Source: Paludibacteraceae bacterium (GTDB lineage: Bacteria > Bacteroidota > Bacteroidia > Bacteroidales > Paludibacteraceae). Taken from it: a stretch of 27,723 nt of DNA. The notes under the pieces were generated by a model, which was given only the letters and a program-made list of their open reading frames with translations, had not been told where the DNA came from and did no database searches. Of the stretch, positions 1 to 9,498 are shown in pieces; within the stretch, counting starts at the first letter, position 1, and each line of letters starts with the position of its first letter. Both the position numbers and the translations under genes were made by a program. The stretch lies in the NCBI GenBank assembly GCA_017648235.1, contig JAGCIZ010000255.1:1-27723 (forward strand), given 5' to 3'.

Positions 1-1
1 A

Positions 2-823
2 GTTGCAGGTGTTACTTCTCTCCATGCAGAAAATGGAATGTTCTCTGGATTTCTTCCAGAAAATTGGACGGCCGATGTAGTTGCTTCTATGAAGTATACT
101 CGTCATTATTACAATAACTGGAGTGAAGATGGAACAAATACATCTGTTTGGCTTTTCCGCTATGATGCAGACGTTCAAGGAAATTGGAAATATGCAAATT
201 GGCGTAACCTTATCAATTTAGCTTGGGGCCAAAATTACACAAAAGGGAACGGTACTCGCAAATCAGAAGACAAAATTTTCTGGGAAAGTACTGTAGATTT
301 TAATTTGTTCAAATATGTTAAGCCTTATCTTGGCGGCCGTTTTGAATCCCAATTCATGAAAGGTTATACTTACGATGATGAAGGGAACAGAACACCAATA
401 TCTTCATTTATGGACCCAGCTTATGTCACACAATTTGCTGGTCTTGCTTATGTGCCAAACGATATGTTCTCACAACGTCTTGCTTTTGCTAATCGTATGA
501 CTATTTCTGATTGGTATGGTTTTGCTGATGACCCTGACACAAAGAAACGTGAAGGTTTCCGCGATGAACCAGGTCTTGAAAGTATTACTGAATTTAAATA
601 CGGCTTTATGGACATTGCTTCATTTAAGAGCCGTTTGTGGGCTTTCGTGAACTTTGAAGGCGTTGAAGAAATTGATGGCCGTTGGGAAAATACTCTTGCT
701 GTAATGTTGACACCATTTATTGAAATTTCAATTGGTGTTGAACTCTTCTATGACAAAGATTTAGACGAAGATATGCAATACAAAGATTCAATGTTGTTTG
801 GCTTGACCTGGCGTTGGTTCTAA
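2..823 (+). CDS. Outer-membrane beta-barrel protein, DUF3078-like; 5'-partial
   Basis: Frame is open from the window edge (VAGVTSLHA-ENG-MFSG, looks like a signal-peptide end), so the ATG at 38 is probably internal. Alternating aromatic beta-strand pattern and C-terminal aromatic residue (GLTWRWF). Confidence 0.6.
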   Translation, partial: VAGVTSLHAENGMFSGFLPENWTADVVASMKYTRHYYNNWSEDGTNTSVWLFRYDADVQGNWKYANWRNLINLAWGQNYTKGNGTRKSEDKIFWESTVDFNLFKYVKPYLGGRFESQFMKGYTYDDEGNRTPISSFMDPAYVTQFAGLAYVPNDMFSQRLAFANRMTISDWYGFADDPDTKKREGFRDEPGLESITEFKYGFMDIASFKSRLWAFVNFEGVEEIDGRWENTLAVMLTPFIEISIGVELFYDKDLDEDMQYKDSMLFGLTWRWF

Positions 824-1450
824 TTGAGTTAAATACTGGATTGAATCTTCTACACTCCGTTCCCAAGCGTTTCGTTTGGAACGGAGTTTTTTTAATGACT
901 CTTCATCACTCAGACTTTCTTCTCGATATTGTTTTAATTCTTGATAGCCTTTTAAAAAATCTTGTGCTTTTTGAAAATCAGGAATGAGAGCTTGGAGTGA
1001 ATTTTCAATTTTTTCATCTGAATAAAAGCGAAGAATGCCTGTAAGAGTTTTTGCAATAAATTCATTTTTATTTTCAGATAAAAATTCTTTTGCTTCTTCA
1101 AATTCAATAGGCGTTATAGAATCTAACCAGGAGGCTTCTTTTTCAAATAAAGCATTGTCTAAAGCAAGAGCATCGGGAGTACGAGAAATACGAACTTGTT
1201 CTTCTATAAAAGGGCTGTAATCTTCTTTTGGCAAAGTTAAATTTTCGAGTCGGCAAAATTCAGTCAGTTTAATCAAGTTTCCTTTAGTAGGCTCGTTAAG
1301 CAAAGACTCTTTTAAAATGGCAAGTTTTACTGCTTTGGGCAAATTTTTGAAAGCAGGGTCTTTGTCGCTATTTAGCCGTAAATGGAGTTTGAAAATTCGG
1401 AAAATTAACAAAAGAATTAAGACTGAAAAAATAACAGTAAAAAGAGACAT
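788..1450 (-). CDS. Hypothetical protein with N-terminal membrane anchor
   Basis: 220-aa ORF, hydrophobic N-terminus (LFTVIFSVLILLLIF), helical charged remainder. Its 3' end overlaps the convergent gene by 36 nt. Confidence 0.65.
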   Translation of the reverse strand: MSLFTVIFSVLILLLIFRIFKLHLRLNSDKDPAFKNLPKAVKLAILKESLLNEPTKGNLIKLTEFCRLENLTLPKEDYSPFIEEQVRISRTPDALALDNALFEKEASWLDSITPIEFEEAKEFLSENKNEFIAKTLTGILRFYSDEKIENSLQALIPDFQKAQDFLKGYQELKQYREESLSDEESLKKLRSKRNAWERSVEDSIQYLTQLEPTPGQAKQH

Positions 1451-1642
1451 AAAAACTCCAAAAGAAAACTTAAAAGAATATAGTAATGTATTGATTGAAG
1501 TTTTTTCTGAATAAATTAAAAGAGAAAATTAAATTTGTTTTTTTGAAATCTTTTTTGTAAGTTCTTGTGTAATATTTTTGGCTATATCCCGGGCAGGGGC
1601 TGTTTTTAAACAGGCATGCGAATTTTTAACCGGGTGGCCAGA

Positions 1643-3397
1643 ATGTTTTTTGAAAAATATTCTTTTAAAGTATTATTATTTGTTTTTGTTTTAGAAATGG
1701 TGTTCCCTGTTTTTGTTAATGGAACTCCTTTAAAACAGGAATTTTCATCTAAAGTTTCGTTGGACTTTTCAGAAGCAGATATTAGAGATGTGGTGCGAGC
1801 TGTTTCGAGTGCTTACCATATTCCAATAATTGTGGATCAAATCGTAAATGCTAAAGTAACAGTTCATTTAGAAAATGTTGAAGTGTGGGACGCATTACAT
1901 GCAATATGTGGGGCCAATGGGCTTTCATTTAGGCGGGAGAATGGCGTTTTTAGAATTCAAAAAGAAACTACAGGGAATAAAGATTTTTTTGCTTTACGCA
2001 ATGGTAAAATAGATTTAAATGTGAATGGAAAAGAGTTAAAAGATTTTCTTCAAGAATTTTCCAAAAATACCGGGCTAAGTGTTGTTTTTCCGGCAGAAAT
2101 AAAAGGGAATGTCTACGCAAACATACAAGGCGTTTCTCCTAAAGCGGCATTGAGCACAATTCTTTCTGCCAATAAATATTCTCTTTTGGAAAGAGATTCT
2201 CTTTTTTTTGTTTCTCAAGGAACTATAATTTCTAAAGAAAATGAATTAGAAATTCTTAGAACAGGAAATAGGTTTTGCCTAAAAGCAGATGGTGTTTCTA
2301 TTGGAACAATTGTTCGAGAATTAGCGAAAAAGGCTTCAAAAAATATTGTACTTTATGCTGAAGCCGAAGAGAATATTACGTTATCACTTGATAGTGTTAC
2401 ATTAAATACAGCATTAGAAACCATTTTTAACGGAAGCCGTTATACTTATATTCTAAGTGAAAAAGGTGAAATTTTTGTAGGCGAAAAAGAGAAACAAGCG
2501 AATTTTCGAAAGACAAAATTATTCCCTTTAAGATATTTGCCAGCACTTAAAGCAGTAGAACTTTTAGAAAAAAGTTTTGGCGATAAAGGTGGAAAATATT
2601 TTGAAATAAAAGAACAAAATGCCGTTTTACTTATTGGGAACGAAAGCGATATTACATTACAAGAAAATTTTCTAACGACACTTGATTTGCCTATTCCGCA
2701 AATTTTATTGGAATGTTTAATTGTTGAATTTAAAAAAGGAAATGCTTTTGAAATAGGGTTTCATAGTGGAAATTCTCGAAAAACAGGTGAAGCTGATTTA
2801 GGGTTCCGGGGTTATTTTTCCTTCCCTGGCAAAGACATGCGTTTATTTGATGGGTATGGAAAGATAGGAGTGCTATCTGATCAATTTATTTTAGAATTAG
2901 CTTCATTAGAAGAAAAAAATTTAGCTGAAGTTTTGGCTCGCCCGAGTATCAGTACAATGAATGGGACAAAAGCTGGAATTTTTGTAACGAACACAAGTTA
3001 TTATCAAGTCAACCAAGTTTCCCCAGATGGTTATCCGATAGTTGATTATCGTTCTTTTAATGATGGAATTAGTTTAGAAATAACACCAACCGTTACACAA
3101 ACAGGAGAAATTACCATAAATGTTTTGCCAGAAATAAAAACTTCTTCAAGAAGTTCTGGCGATGGCCCAAGAGACATAAGTACAAGAAATTTACAGACAA
3201 CTATTTCTTTAAAAGATGGAGAAACTTTGTGTTTAGGAGGACTTTTACGAAAAACAACTTCGGAAGTGTCTTCGTCAGTTCCTTTTGTGGGGAGCATTCC
3301 TTTGATTGGGAAATTCTTTAGTTACGTATCCAAAGAAGAAGAAACGTCGGAATTAGTGGTTTTTATAACGCCCAAAGTGTTGAAAAAGGAGCCGTAA
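1643..3397 (+). CDS. Secretin (PilQ/GspD family) with repeated N0/STN-like domains
   Basis: VSLDFSEADIRDVV N0 motif, PQILLECLIVE, EVLARPSISTMNGTKA, GISLEITPTV, LKDGETLCLGGLL, VPFVGSIPLIGKFF, ELVVFITPKV. ATG 1643 gives a signal-peptide-like N-terminus; the ORF-track start 1616 is also possible. Confidence 0.9.
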   Translation: MFFEKYSFKVLLFVFVLEMVFPVFVNGTPLKQEFSSKVSLDFSEADIRDVVRAVSSAYHIPIIVDQIVNAKVTVHLENVEVWDALHAICGANGLSFRRENGVFRIQKETTGNKDFFALRNGKIDLNVNGKELKDFLQEFSKNTGLSVVFPAEIKGNVYANIQGVSPKAALSTILSANKYSLLERDSLFFVSQGTIISKENELEILRTGNRFCLKADGVSIGTIVRELAKKASKNIVLYAEAEENITLSLDSVTLNTALETIFNGSRYTYILSEKGEIFVGEKEKQANFRKTKLFPLRYLPALKAVELLEKSFGDKGGKYFEIKEQNAVLLIGNESDITLQENFLTTLDLPIPQILLECLIVEFKKGNAFEIGFHSGNSRKTGEADLGFRGYFSFPGKDMRLFDGYGKIGVLSDQFILELASLEEKNLAEVLARPSISTMNGTKAGIFVTNTSYYQVNQVSPDGYPIVDYRSFNDGISLEITPTVTQTGEITINVLPEIKTSSRSSGDGPRDISTRNLQTTISLKDGETLCLGGLLRKTTSEVSSSVPFVGSIPLIGKFFSYVSKEEETSELVVFITPKVLKKEP

Positions 3398-3398
3398 A

Positions 3399-4472
3399 AT
3401 GAGAATAGAAAAATGCGGCTTTGAAAAAGTGGCTTTTGTAGATGTAGAATTGGCAATGATAGAAATTTGCTTGCCTTTTGATAAAATTCTTTCTTATCAA
3501 GAGATGAAAATTGAATTGCAAAATAATTTTCCAACAAGAATTCTTGGAAAAGATAAATTAGTGCCAATACCTTTATTTTCTTTTAATACTGCCGAAGGCC
3601 GTGTCCACCGCATAGTTGTATTTTTTATTTCAAAAGAAAATTCTTTAGAAAAGAAAGTCGATAGAGTTTTGCCATTAATAGCGGCATTAACAAAAACTGC
3701 AGAAAATGTAATGCAAAAAAAAGACGGTGGCGAAAATCTTTTGTTTTGGAAGTTTCATAAAGGAGTTTTTTTCGCCTTGCTTTTTTGGGAAGGTCGTTTA
3801 GTTTATTTGTGGCGAGAATATTGTGAAAACTTGAAAGTAGCGTCAGCTCGGGTTGAAAAAATCCAATTTTTTTTAAAAGACAAATCGGTTCTTTTTAAAG
3901 GTGTTCCTTTTGTTGTTTTTGAAGCTAATCAAAAGGAAAAAACTTTTTTATTTAAAGAATCTGCAAAAGATTTTTTTTGGAGAAATGTTGATTTAGAAAG
4001 TTCAAAATTTTGGAAACCACTTTTTAAAGCAAGAATGATAAAAATAGTTTCTTTATTGTTTTTTTTAGGGACTTTGTTTTTTGCTCTTGGTTTTTTAAAG
4101 CAAGCAAAAGAAAAAACTTTTTTAAGTATAAAAGAAAATTTGGCTAAAGAATTAGAAATTAAACAGAATGCTTTTCAAAACGAATTTCAGCAATGGAAAG
4201 AAATCCCTTGGGTAAAAGATTTTCCATTTTTCCCGCAAGAGCTTTTTTCATTAGTGGGTTTTAAAGGTGAAAACTTTCAACGATTTCGGGGAGAACGCTT
4301 ACAAGGGAAATGGAAACTTTTGTTAGAATACTCTTCAGAAAATTCTTTTTCGGAAAAATTTCTAAAAAGCACTTTAGAACAAGCTCATTTAAAAAAATTT
4401 CGTATCCAAGAGAGGAAATGGAAAGGGGAGAACTTTGAAACAGGAATTCTAGAAGGTTTTTATGTCCCATAA
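3399..4472 (+). CDS. Putative PilM/PilN- or GspL-like alignment protein, highly diverged
   Basis: AAGGAG RBS, 1 nt after the secretin stop. Cytoplasmic N-domain, single TM (IVSLLFFLGTLFFALGFL), then coiled coil. Family assignment is inferred from topology and context only. Confidence 0.45.
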   Translation: MRIEKCGFEKVAFVDVELAMIEICLPFDKILSYQEMKIELQNNFPTRILGKDKLVPIPLFSFNTAEGRVHRIVVFFISKENSLEKKVDRVLPLIAALTKTAENVMQKKDGGENLLFWKFHKGVFFALLFWEGRLVYLWREYCENLKVASARVEKIQFFLKDKSVLFKGVPFVVFEANQKEKTFLFKESAKDFFWRNVDLESSKFWKPLFKARMIKIVSLLFFLGTLFFALGFLKQAKEKTFLSIKENLAKELEIKQNAFQNEFQQWKEIPWVKDFPFFPQELFSLVGFKGENFQRFRGERLQGKWKLLLEYSSENSFSEKFLKSTLEQAHLKKFRIQERKWKGENFETGILEGFYVP

Positions 4473-5232
4473 AAGAATTAAAATTATAATATGGCTTTTC
4501 TTTCCAACCATTATCTTTCTTGCGGGTTTTAGTTTTTGGCTTTATACTTGTGTAAAAGAAAATGCTAACAGAGATCTAAGTATTTATAAAAAAGAAATTT
4601 GGAAAATTGAAAAACAAATAGATTCGTTGCAAAATTTGCGTTTGAATTTACCGATATTTTCTATTGTAGATTTTGAGCCAGAAACGGTTAGGAAATCTCT
4701 TTTAAAACATTCAAAAGAAATTTTATTTTTTCAAATGGATTCCGTTTCTTTGAATGGGCGCATTCAAGGTGAGTTTAACGAGTTAATTTTTTTACTTAGC
4801 GAATTATCAAATTTTGCACCTCAGATTATTTTGTATTCATTTCAAATGCAGAAATTAAGTAGCATTTGGCAATTGGATTTTTCTTTAGGCCCTCTTTTAG
4901 CCAAAATGGAAATCACTCAGGCCAGTTTAATTTCTCTTGATTCTTTAGAAAAACGATGGCAAATTCCAAAAGTTCAAAAATTTATTCTAAACAGAGAAAG
5001 GCAAAAAGAAAAGGTTTTGCATACAAATAAACTCCAAGAAAAATGTCTGAAACAAAGTTTTAAAATTCTTGGAGTAGTGGCTGGTTATTCTTGTTTAATA
5101 GAAACACCTACCGGAAAAGAAATGATTTTACAAGGAGAGTCTTTGAATGGGTATAGGGTAGATTCTGTTTTTAATCATTCTGTACTTTTTCGTTGTGGAA
5201 ATGAAACATGGTTAAAGGAAGTTGGGAAATGA
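4462..5232 (+). CDS. Putative PilO/GspM-like plus PilP/GspC(HR)-like fusion protein
   Basis: N-terminal TM, coiled coil, GRIQGEFNELIFLLSEL (PilO/GspM-type pattern), C-terminal FKILGVV...CLIE...GESLNGYRVDSV...SVLF (PilP/GspC-HR-type pattern). Confidence 0.5.
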   Translation: MSHKRIKIIIWLFFPTIIFLAGFSFWLYTCVKENANRDLSIYKKEIWKIEKQIDSLQNLRLNLPIFSIVDFEPETVRKSLLKHSKEILFFQMDSVSLNGRIQGEFNELIFLLSELSNFAPQIILYSFQMQKLSSIWQLDFSLGPLLAKMEITQASLISLDSLEKRWQIPKVQKFILNRERQKEKVLHTNKLQEKCLKQSFKILGVVAGYSCLIETPTGKEMILQGESLNGYRVDSVFNHSVLFRCGNETWLKEVGK

Positions 5233-6173
5233 ATCGTGGAGCTTCTTTACCAATAGTTTTAGCGATTCTTTTTTCTTTACTCCCATTGAGTATGGTTTTG
5301 ATTTCTTTGTCGGATAATGGAATGCAAGGGGTTCTTGTAGAATATAAACGATTTCAAGAATTGTATAAAGCCGAAGCGTCAATTTATGCAAAATTATATG
5401 CTTTGCCAATAAAAAATTTATTTAATGTTCGTATTGAAGAAAATGGTTTTTGGGATAAAGCGTGTGTTAATCTTTTTCAAGGAGAATTATGCGCGGTTTA
5501 TGGTTATGGATTTGAAAATTATCATTTTTTTAAGAATAATTTAGAACTGCAAGAGGTTTTTAAATCCAGACTTTTATCGTTAAAAAATGCTTTATATATA
5601 CAAGATACATTGTATGGGAATCGTTATTTTGAAAGATTGCCTTCGGAATGTTTTGCAGTAGAAAATGGAGATGTTCGTGTTCAGTTAGATTCTTCGTTAA
5701 ATAAAGCTTGTATTTTTTGTTCTGGTGATATTTTATTTCGAGGAAGAGGAAGTGTTGACACTCTTATGCTTTTTGGAGGTGGTGCCATTCGCCTAGAAGG
5801 CGAATGGCGTGTGCGCCATTTAGAAGCGCACACGAGTGAAAAAATTTCACTCACCACCATAAAATTTCAAGGAGTCGTAAGCGCAAGAGAAGTAGCGCTT
5901 GAAAACAGAACTATTGGCGAGTATCCCTCTGTTATAGCTTTAATGCCTGCAAGTTGGAATGGAAAAACTTCGCTTGAATTTCAATACGGTTCACATTTCA
6001 TAGGCACATTATGGAATGCAGAAATCAATTCAGAAATGGATATTTTGCCAGATAAAAATATCAAAGCAAATCTTTTAGGATTTTCAAAAGATTGGGAGTT
6101 GAAAAAAGATATTCCTATGCCGGCATTTTTTGGAGTGCATTCCGGTACACCAATTATATTGGAGTGGCTATGA
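5229..6173 (+). CDS. PilX/GspK-like minor pilin
   Basis: ATGA overlap with the upstream stop; MNRG/ASLPIVLAILFSLL class III signal-like N-terminus lacking Glu+5, as is typical of GspK/PilX. Confidence 0.55.
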   Translation: MNRGASLPIVLAILFSLLPLSMVLISLSDNGMQGVLVEYKRFQELYKAEASIYAKLYALPIKNLFNVRIEENGFWDKACVNLFQGELCAVYGYGFENYHFFKNNLELQEVFKSRLLSLKNALYIQDTLYGNRYFERLPSECFAVENGDVRVQLDSSLNKACIFCSGDILFRGRGSVDTLMLFGGGAIRLEGEWRVRHLEAHTSEKISLTTIKFQGVVSAREVALENRTIGEYPSVIALMPASWNGKTSLEFQYGSHFIGTLWNAEINSEMDILPDKNIKANLLGFSKDWELKKDIPMPAFFGVHSGTPIILEWL

Positions 6174-6481
6174 AAAAGGGGTTTTCTTTATTAGAAATTC
6201 TTGTGTCAGCATTACTTTTAAACTTAGGGATTTATTTGTCTATGCAAGTGCATCAACATTTCTTGCTAATTGAAAAACGGAATAAGCAAGCAAAAGAAAA
6301 GTTCCTTTTGCAAATAGCAACATTAGACTCTCTTGTAAAAGTTCAACCATTGTGTAAGTCAGAAACAATAGAAAAGGACTCTATTGACTTTCATATAGAA
6401 CCTGTATCTATAAATCCACCTTTCGTTCGAGTTGAAGTCAAAGGAAAAAATCTGTGGAGAATTATCCCGTGCAAAATTTAA
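6170..6481 (+). CDS. Prepilin-type N-terminal cleavage/methylation protein
   Basis: ATGA overlap; MKKG/FSLLEILV motif. The ORF-track start at 6092 is too far upstream. Confidence 0.8.
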   Translation: MKKGFSLLEILVSALLLNLGIYLSMQVHQHFLLIEKRNKQAKEKFLLQIATLDSLVKVQPLCKSETIEKDSIDFHIEPVSINPPFVRVEVKGKNLWRIIPCKI

Positions 6482-6696
6482 AAAGCGGTTTTACACTAAT
6501 TGAAATAGCAAGTGCTGCTTTAGCGTCTGCCATTTTAATCTTTTCGGCATTATATTTTTTTACAAGTGAACTCTATGTTATCAATCAAAAGCATAAAGCA
6601 CGGGAAACTTCTCTTGAACAAAGTTTAGATTCATTAAGGCTTTTACGAAAATCAACAATCCGTAAAAAGATTGTCCCCAAAAAATTTCAGCAATAA
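6469..6696 (+). CDS. Small prepilin-type protein
   Basis: GGAGA at 6456-6460, GTG at 6469; MQNLKSG/FTLIEIA motif. Confidence 0.75.
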   Translation: MQNLKSGFTLIEIASAALASAILIFSALYFFTSELYVINQKHKARETSLEQSLDSLRLLRKSTIRKKIVPKKFQQ

Positions 6697-6720
6697 AAAA
6701 GCGCCTTAAAAGGCGCTTTT
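6697..6720. terminator. Bidirectional intrinsic terminator
   Basis: AAAAGCGCCTT-AA-AAGGCGCTTTT inverted repeat between convergent genes. Confidence 0.8.
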
Positions 6721-6724
6721 GAAA

Positions 6725-8257
6725 TTAAGCTTGTTGAGTTTTTAATTGCTGTTTTATGCGGTGCATTTCAATCAAGTTAGATATGTAATGCATAAAGCTC
6801 AACACGCCAACCATCAAGAAACCAATAGCATACAAACCAATAAATGGTCCGATAATAAACTTTTGGGCGCCAATATATTCAAGAAGCCCAAAGATACAAT
6901 AAACACCAATTAAAATTTCAATGAGAGCTAGCAATGGGAACTTCTGCGCATAATGGCTAAGAGATTTAGCACCCTTCTTAGGAGTTCTAACAAAAGCACC
7001 TTTAAAGCCAAGAACTGCAGAAAGTACGGCACGTGTATTACTTACAGCGATACCAACACCAAGAGCCATAAGAATTGGGAAAGAAAGAATTCTCATTTTC
7101 CAACCGACATAGCCAGAGCAACGTTGAGCAACAAGGTAAAGAACAGAAGGAGCAATAGCAGCAAGAAGAATAAATGAGAAACCAACTAAATACATCCAAT
7201 CTGGTAAACCTTTAATAGGTTCATACCAAGCAAGTAGTGGTAAAGAGAAAAGAGCGGTAAACAACATGCAAGGGTGGATAGAGTAGTGTGTGGTGTGCAT
7301 AATAGCGCCAAGTTTAATTTTAAATGGAACCTTTGCACGCAAAACTTTTGGAAGAATTTTCTTAGCAGTCTGGATAGAACCTTTTGCCCAGCGGAATTGT
7401 TGGGCTTTAAATGCGTTGATGTCGTTTGGAAGTTCTGCAGGAACAATCACATCAAATACGAACTTCATTTTCCAACCAGCCAACTGACTTCTGTAAGACA
7501 AATCCATATCTTCAGTCAAAGTATCGCCTTCCCAACCACCGGCATCATCAATAGCTTGTCTACGCCAAACACCAGCAGTTCCATTGAAGTTCATAAAGAG
7601 GTTACCCCAGCTGCGAGCAGACTGTTCGACAACAAAGTGACCATCAATACCAATTGATTGAGCAAGTGTTAAACCGGATTCCATGCGGTTCAAGTGTCCC
7701 CAACGACCTTGAACTAGCCCTACTTGTTCGTCCATAACCATATAAGGAATAGTTTTTAACAAGAAGTCTTTTTCAGGAACAAAATCAGCATCAAATATGG
7801 CCAAGAAATTACCACGAGCAACGACCATACCTTCTTTCAATGCACCGGCTTTATAATCTTTACGGATAGTTCTGTGAATGAGTTTAATATCATAACCGCG
7901 GGCTTGCATTTCTGCAACTTTGCGTTTGGTAACTTCGTAACATTCGTCAGTGGAATCATCAAGGACTTGGATTTCGTGTTTGTCTTTTGGATAATCCATA
8001 GCACAAACAGCTTCAATTAAACGTTCTACGCAATTAGCTTCATTGAAAACTGGGAGTTGGGTTGTAACAACAGGAAGTTCATCTAAAGAATGTTCTCTGT
8101 AAAATTTGAGAATATTTTTTCTGTCGGTAAGGCGAACACGACGACTGTTTTTTAAGAAAAGGTAAATGCTTGCGTAACAATTGAAACCGTAAGCGACAAG
8201 GCCAACACCGGCTATCACATAAATAACAAAAATTACATTTAGTAGAAACTGACTCAT
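6725..8257 (-). CDS. Processive glycosyltransferase family 2 (CesA/CslA-like)
   Basis: TTQLPVFNE, QVLDDSTD, YKAGAL, FDADF, TED and QQFRW (D,D,D,QxxRW) motifs; N- and C-terminal TM helices. Confidence 0.9.
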   Translation of the reverse strand: MSQFLLNVIFVIYVIAGVGLVAYGFNCYASIYLFLKNSRRVRLTDRKNILKFYREHSLDELPVVTTQLPVFNEANCVERLIEAVCAMDYPKDKHEIQVLDDSTDECYEVTKRKVAEMQARGYDIKLIHRTIRKDYKAGALKEGMVVARGNFLAIFDADFVPEKDFLLKTIPYMVMDEQVGLVQGRWGHLNRMESGLTLAQSIGIDGHFVVEQSARSWGNLFMNFNGTAGVWRRQAIDDAGGWEGDTLTEDMDLSYRSQLAGWKMKFVFDVIVPAELPNDINAFKAQQFRWAKGSIQTAKKILPKVLRAKVPFKIKLGAIMHTTHYSIHPCMLFTALFSLPLLAWYEPIKGLPDWMYLVGFSFILLAAIAPSVLYLVAQRCSGYVGWKMRILSFPILMALGVGIAVSNTRAVLSAVLGFKGAFVRTPKKGAKSLSHYAQKFPLLALIEILIGVYCIFGLLEYIGAQKFIIGPFIGLYAIGFLMVGVLSFMHYISNLIEMHRIKQQLKTQQA

Positions 8258-8373
8258 TTGTTATGTCTACCTTGTTGTAAAACTTAAGCGCAAATATAGA
8301 AAGGATTCTCTGACTTTTCTACATTTTTCCTAAAAAGAGATAGCTTTTTAAATTATTTGTTGGTGATAAAAGG

Positions 8374-8889
8374 TTGAAAAAGCGAGAAATATTGCAAAAA
8401 TGGGCGAAAAATGGTAAAAATCGCGAAGGATTCTCGGAAAGTCTTCGCTCGTTACTTTTTTTTGCTGTAAAAGAGGCTTTAAAAGGGAAATTCCCCGAAA
8501 AAACGCTAATTTCGCCAGAAAAAGCTTTTTCTGAAGTTTTACCTGAAAATCCGCACTTAGTGAGTTGGTTTTCTTTTCCAGAACGTTATGAATCAGAAAT
8601 TCTTGATTTTGCCGTAGAACCTCATTTAGAATTTTTAGCGAAAAACGATAAAAAAGTGATTTTTGAAGAAGATTTGAGGAGTTTTTCTTGCCCAGAAGCT
8701 TCTATTCGGGCTCGTATTTTACTTTCTGCATTGCCAGCTAATTCAAAAGTTTGTTTATTGGTTTCTTCTGGGAATCCTATAGAAAATGTTCCTAGTGCAT
8801 TAATTGCTGATGGCCATTTGATTCTAGAAAGAGAAAAAAAAGGCGATTTTTGGAAGATTTTTATACTTAAACAGAATGAAGTTAAGTAG
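8374..8889 (+). CDS. Protein with C-terminal TusA/SirA-like domain
   Basis: DLRSFSCPEASIRARILL...GNPIENVPSALIADGH...WKIFILK resembles the TusA pattern DLRGxxCP...GEPIxNVPxSLxxxGH. TTG start is uncertain. Confidence 0.55.
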   Translation: MKKREILQKWAKNGKNREGFSESLRSLLFFAVKEALKGKFPEKTLISPEKAFSEVLPENPHLVSWFSFPERYESEILDFAVEPHLEFLAKNDKKVIFEEDLRSFSCPEASIRARILLSALPANSKVCLLVSSGNPIENVPSALIADGHLILEREKKGDFWKIFILKQNEVK

Positions 8890-8900
8890 ATTCCATAAGA

Positions 8901-9479
8901 ATGGAAAACAGAACTTTAGTTATTGCCGATGAAATGTTCGGGCCCCGCGGCGAAGCCGCGGAGCTCTTTTCGCAATTGCTTTTATGCCTTGAACCAGAGC
9001 GCCCTAGGCAATTTGTTTTTAACACTCCATTATATGGTTCTATAGAAAGTCTGTATTCTAAACAAGAGTTAGATATTATTGGTAAACAAGCAGGGCGAAT
9101 TATTTTTGGTGTAGGCTTAAGAGAATTACGTCGGGGAGTACCTCCTGAAGAATTGTTTAATCTATTTAGAAAACTTATTTTAGATGTGTCCGTAAGGACA
9201 ACTGGTGAAATTTATTTAGTGACTATCCCAGAAGCAGCGTCACCAAACATGCCTTCCTCTATCAACCATTGGAATGATTTAATCGGAACGCTTCAGTCTT
9301 CAAATATTATTTTGCTTGATTTTGCAAAAGAAGAAACTTTATTTCAACAGCGTCAATTAGCACGAGGTAAATTTGTTCGTAACCTCTGGAATGAAGAGGG
9401 TGAACCGACACCTATGTGTTTGACTTTGTTAGCATTGTTTCTTCAAAAGTCTTTCATGAAAAACACATACCTGAAATAG
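8901..9479 (+). CDS. SGNH/GDSL-fold-like protein, catalytic residues apparently substituted
   Basis: Blocks in the expected order: TLVIADEM (GDS block), FVFNTPLYG, IIFGVGLRELRRG (GxND block), EEGEPTPMCLTLLA (DxxHP block). Confidence 0.4.
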   Translation: MENRTLVIADEMFGPRGEAAELFSQLLLCLEPERPRQFVFNTPLYGSIESLYSKQELDIIGKQAGRIIFGVGLRELRRGVPPEELFNLFRKLILDVSVRTTGEIYLVTIPEAASPNMPSSINHWNDLIGTLQSSNIILLDFAKEETLFQQRQLARGKFVRNLWNEEGEPTPMCLTLLALFLQKSFMKNTYLK

Positions 9480-9498
9480 GTACATCCAAGGAGGCATA

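Noticed and set aside
1588-1637. GC-rich patch upstream of the secretin as a riboswitch (for example c-di-GMP)
   Set aside because: Only short CCCGG/CCGGG and CTGTTT/AAACAG pairings are present, with no recognisable aptamer consensus.
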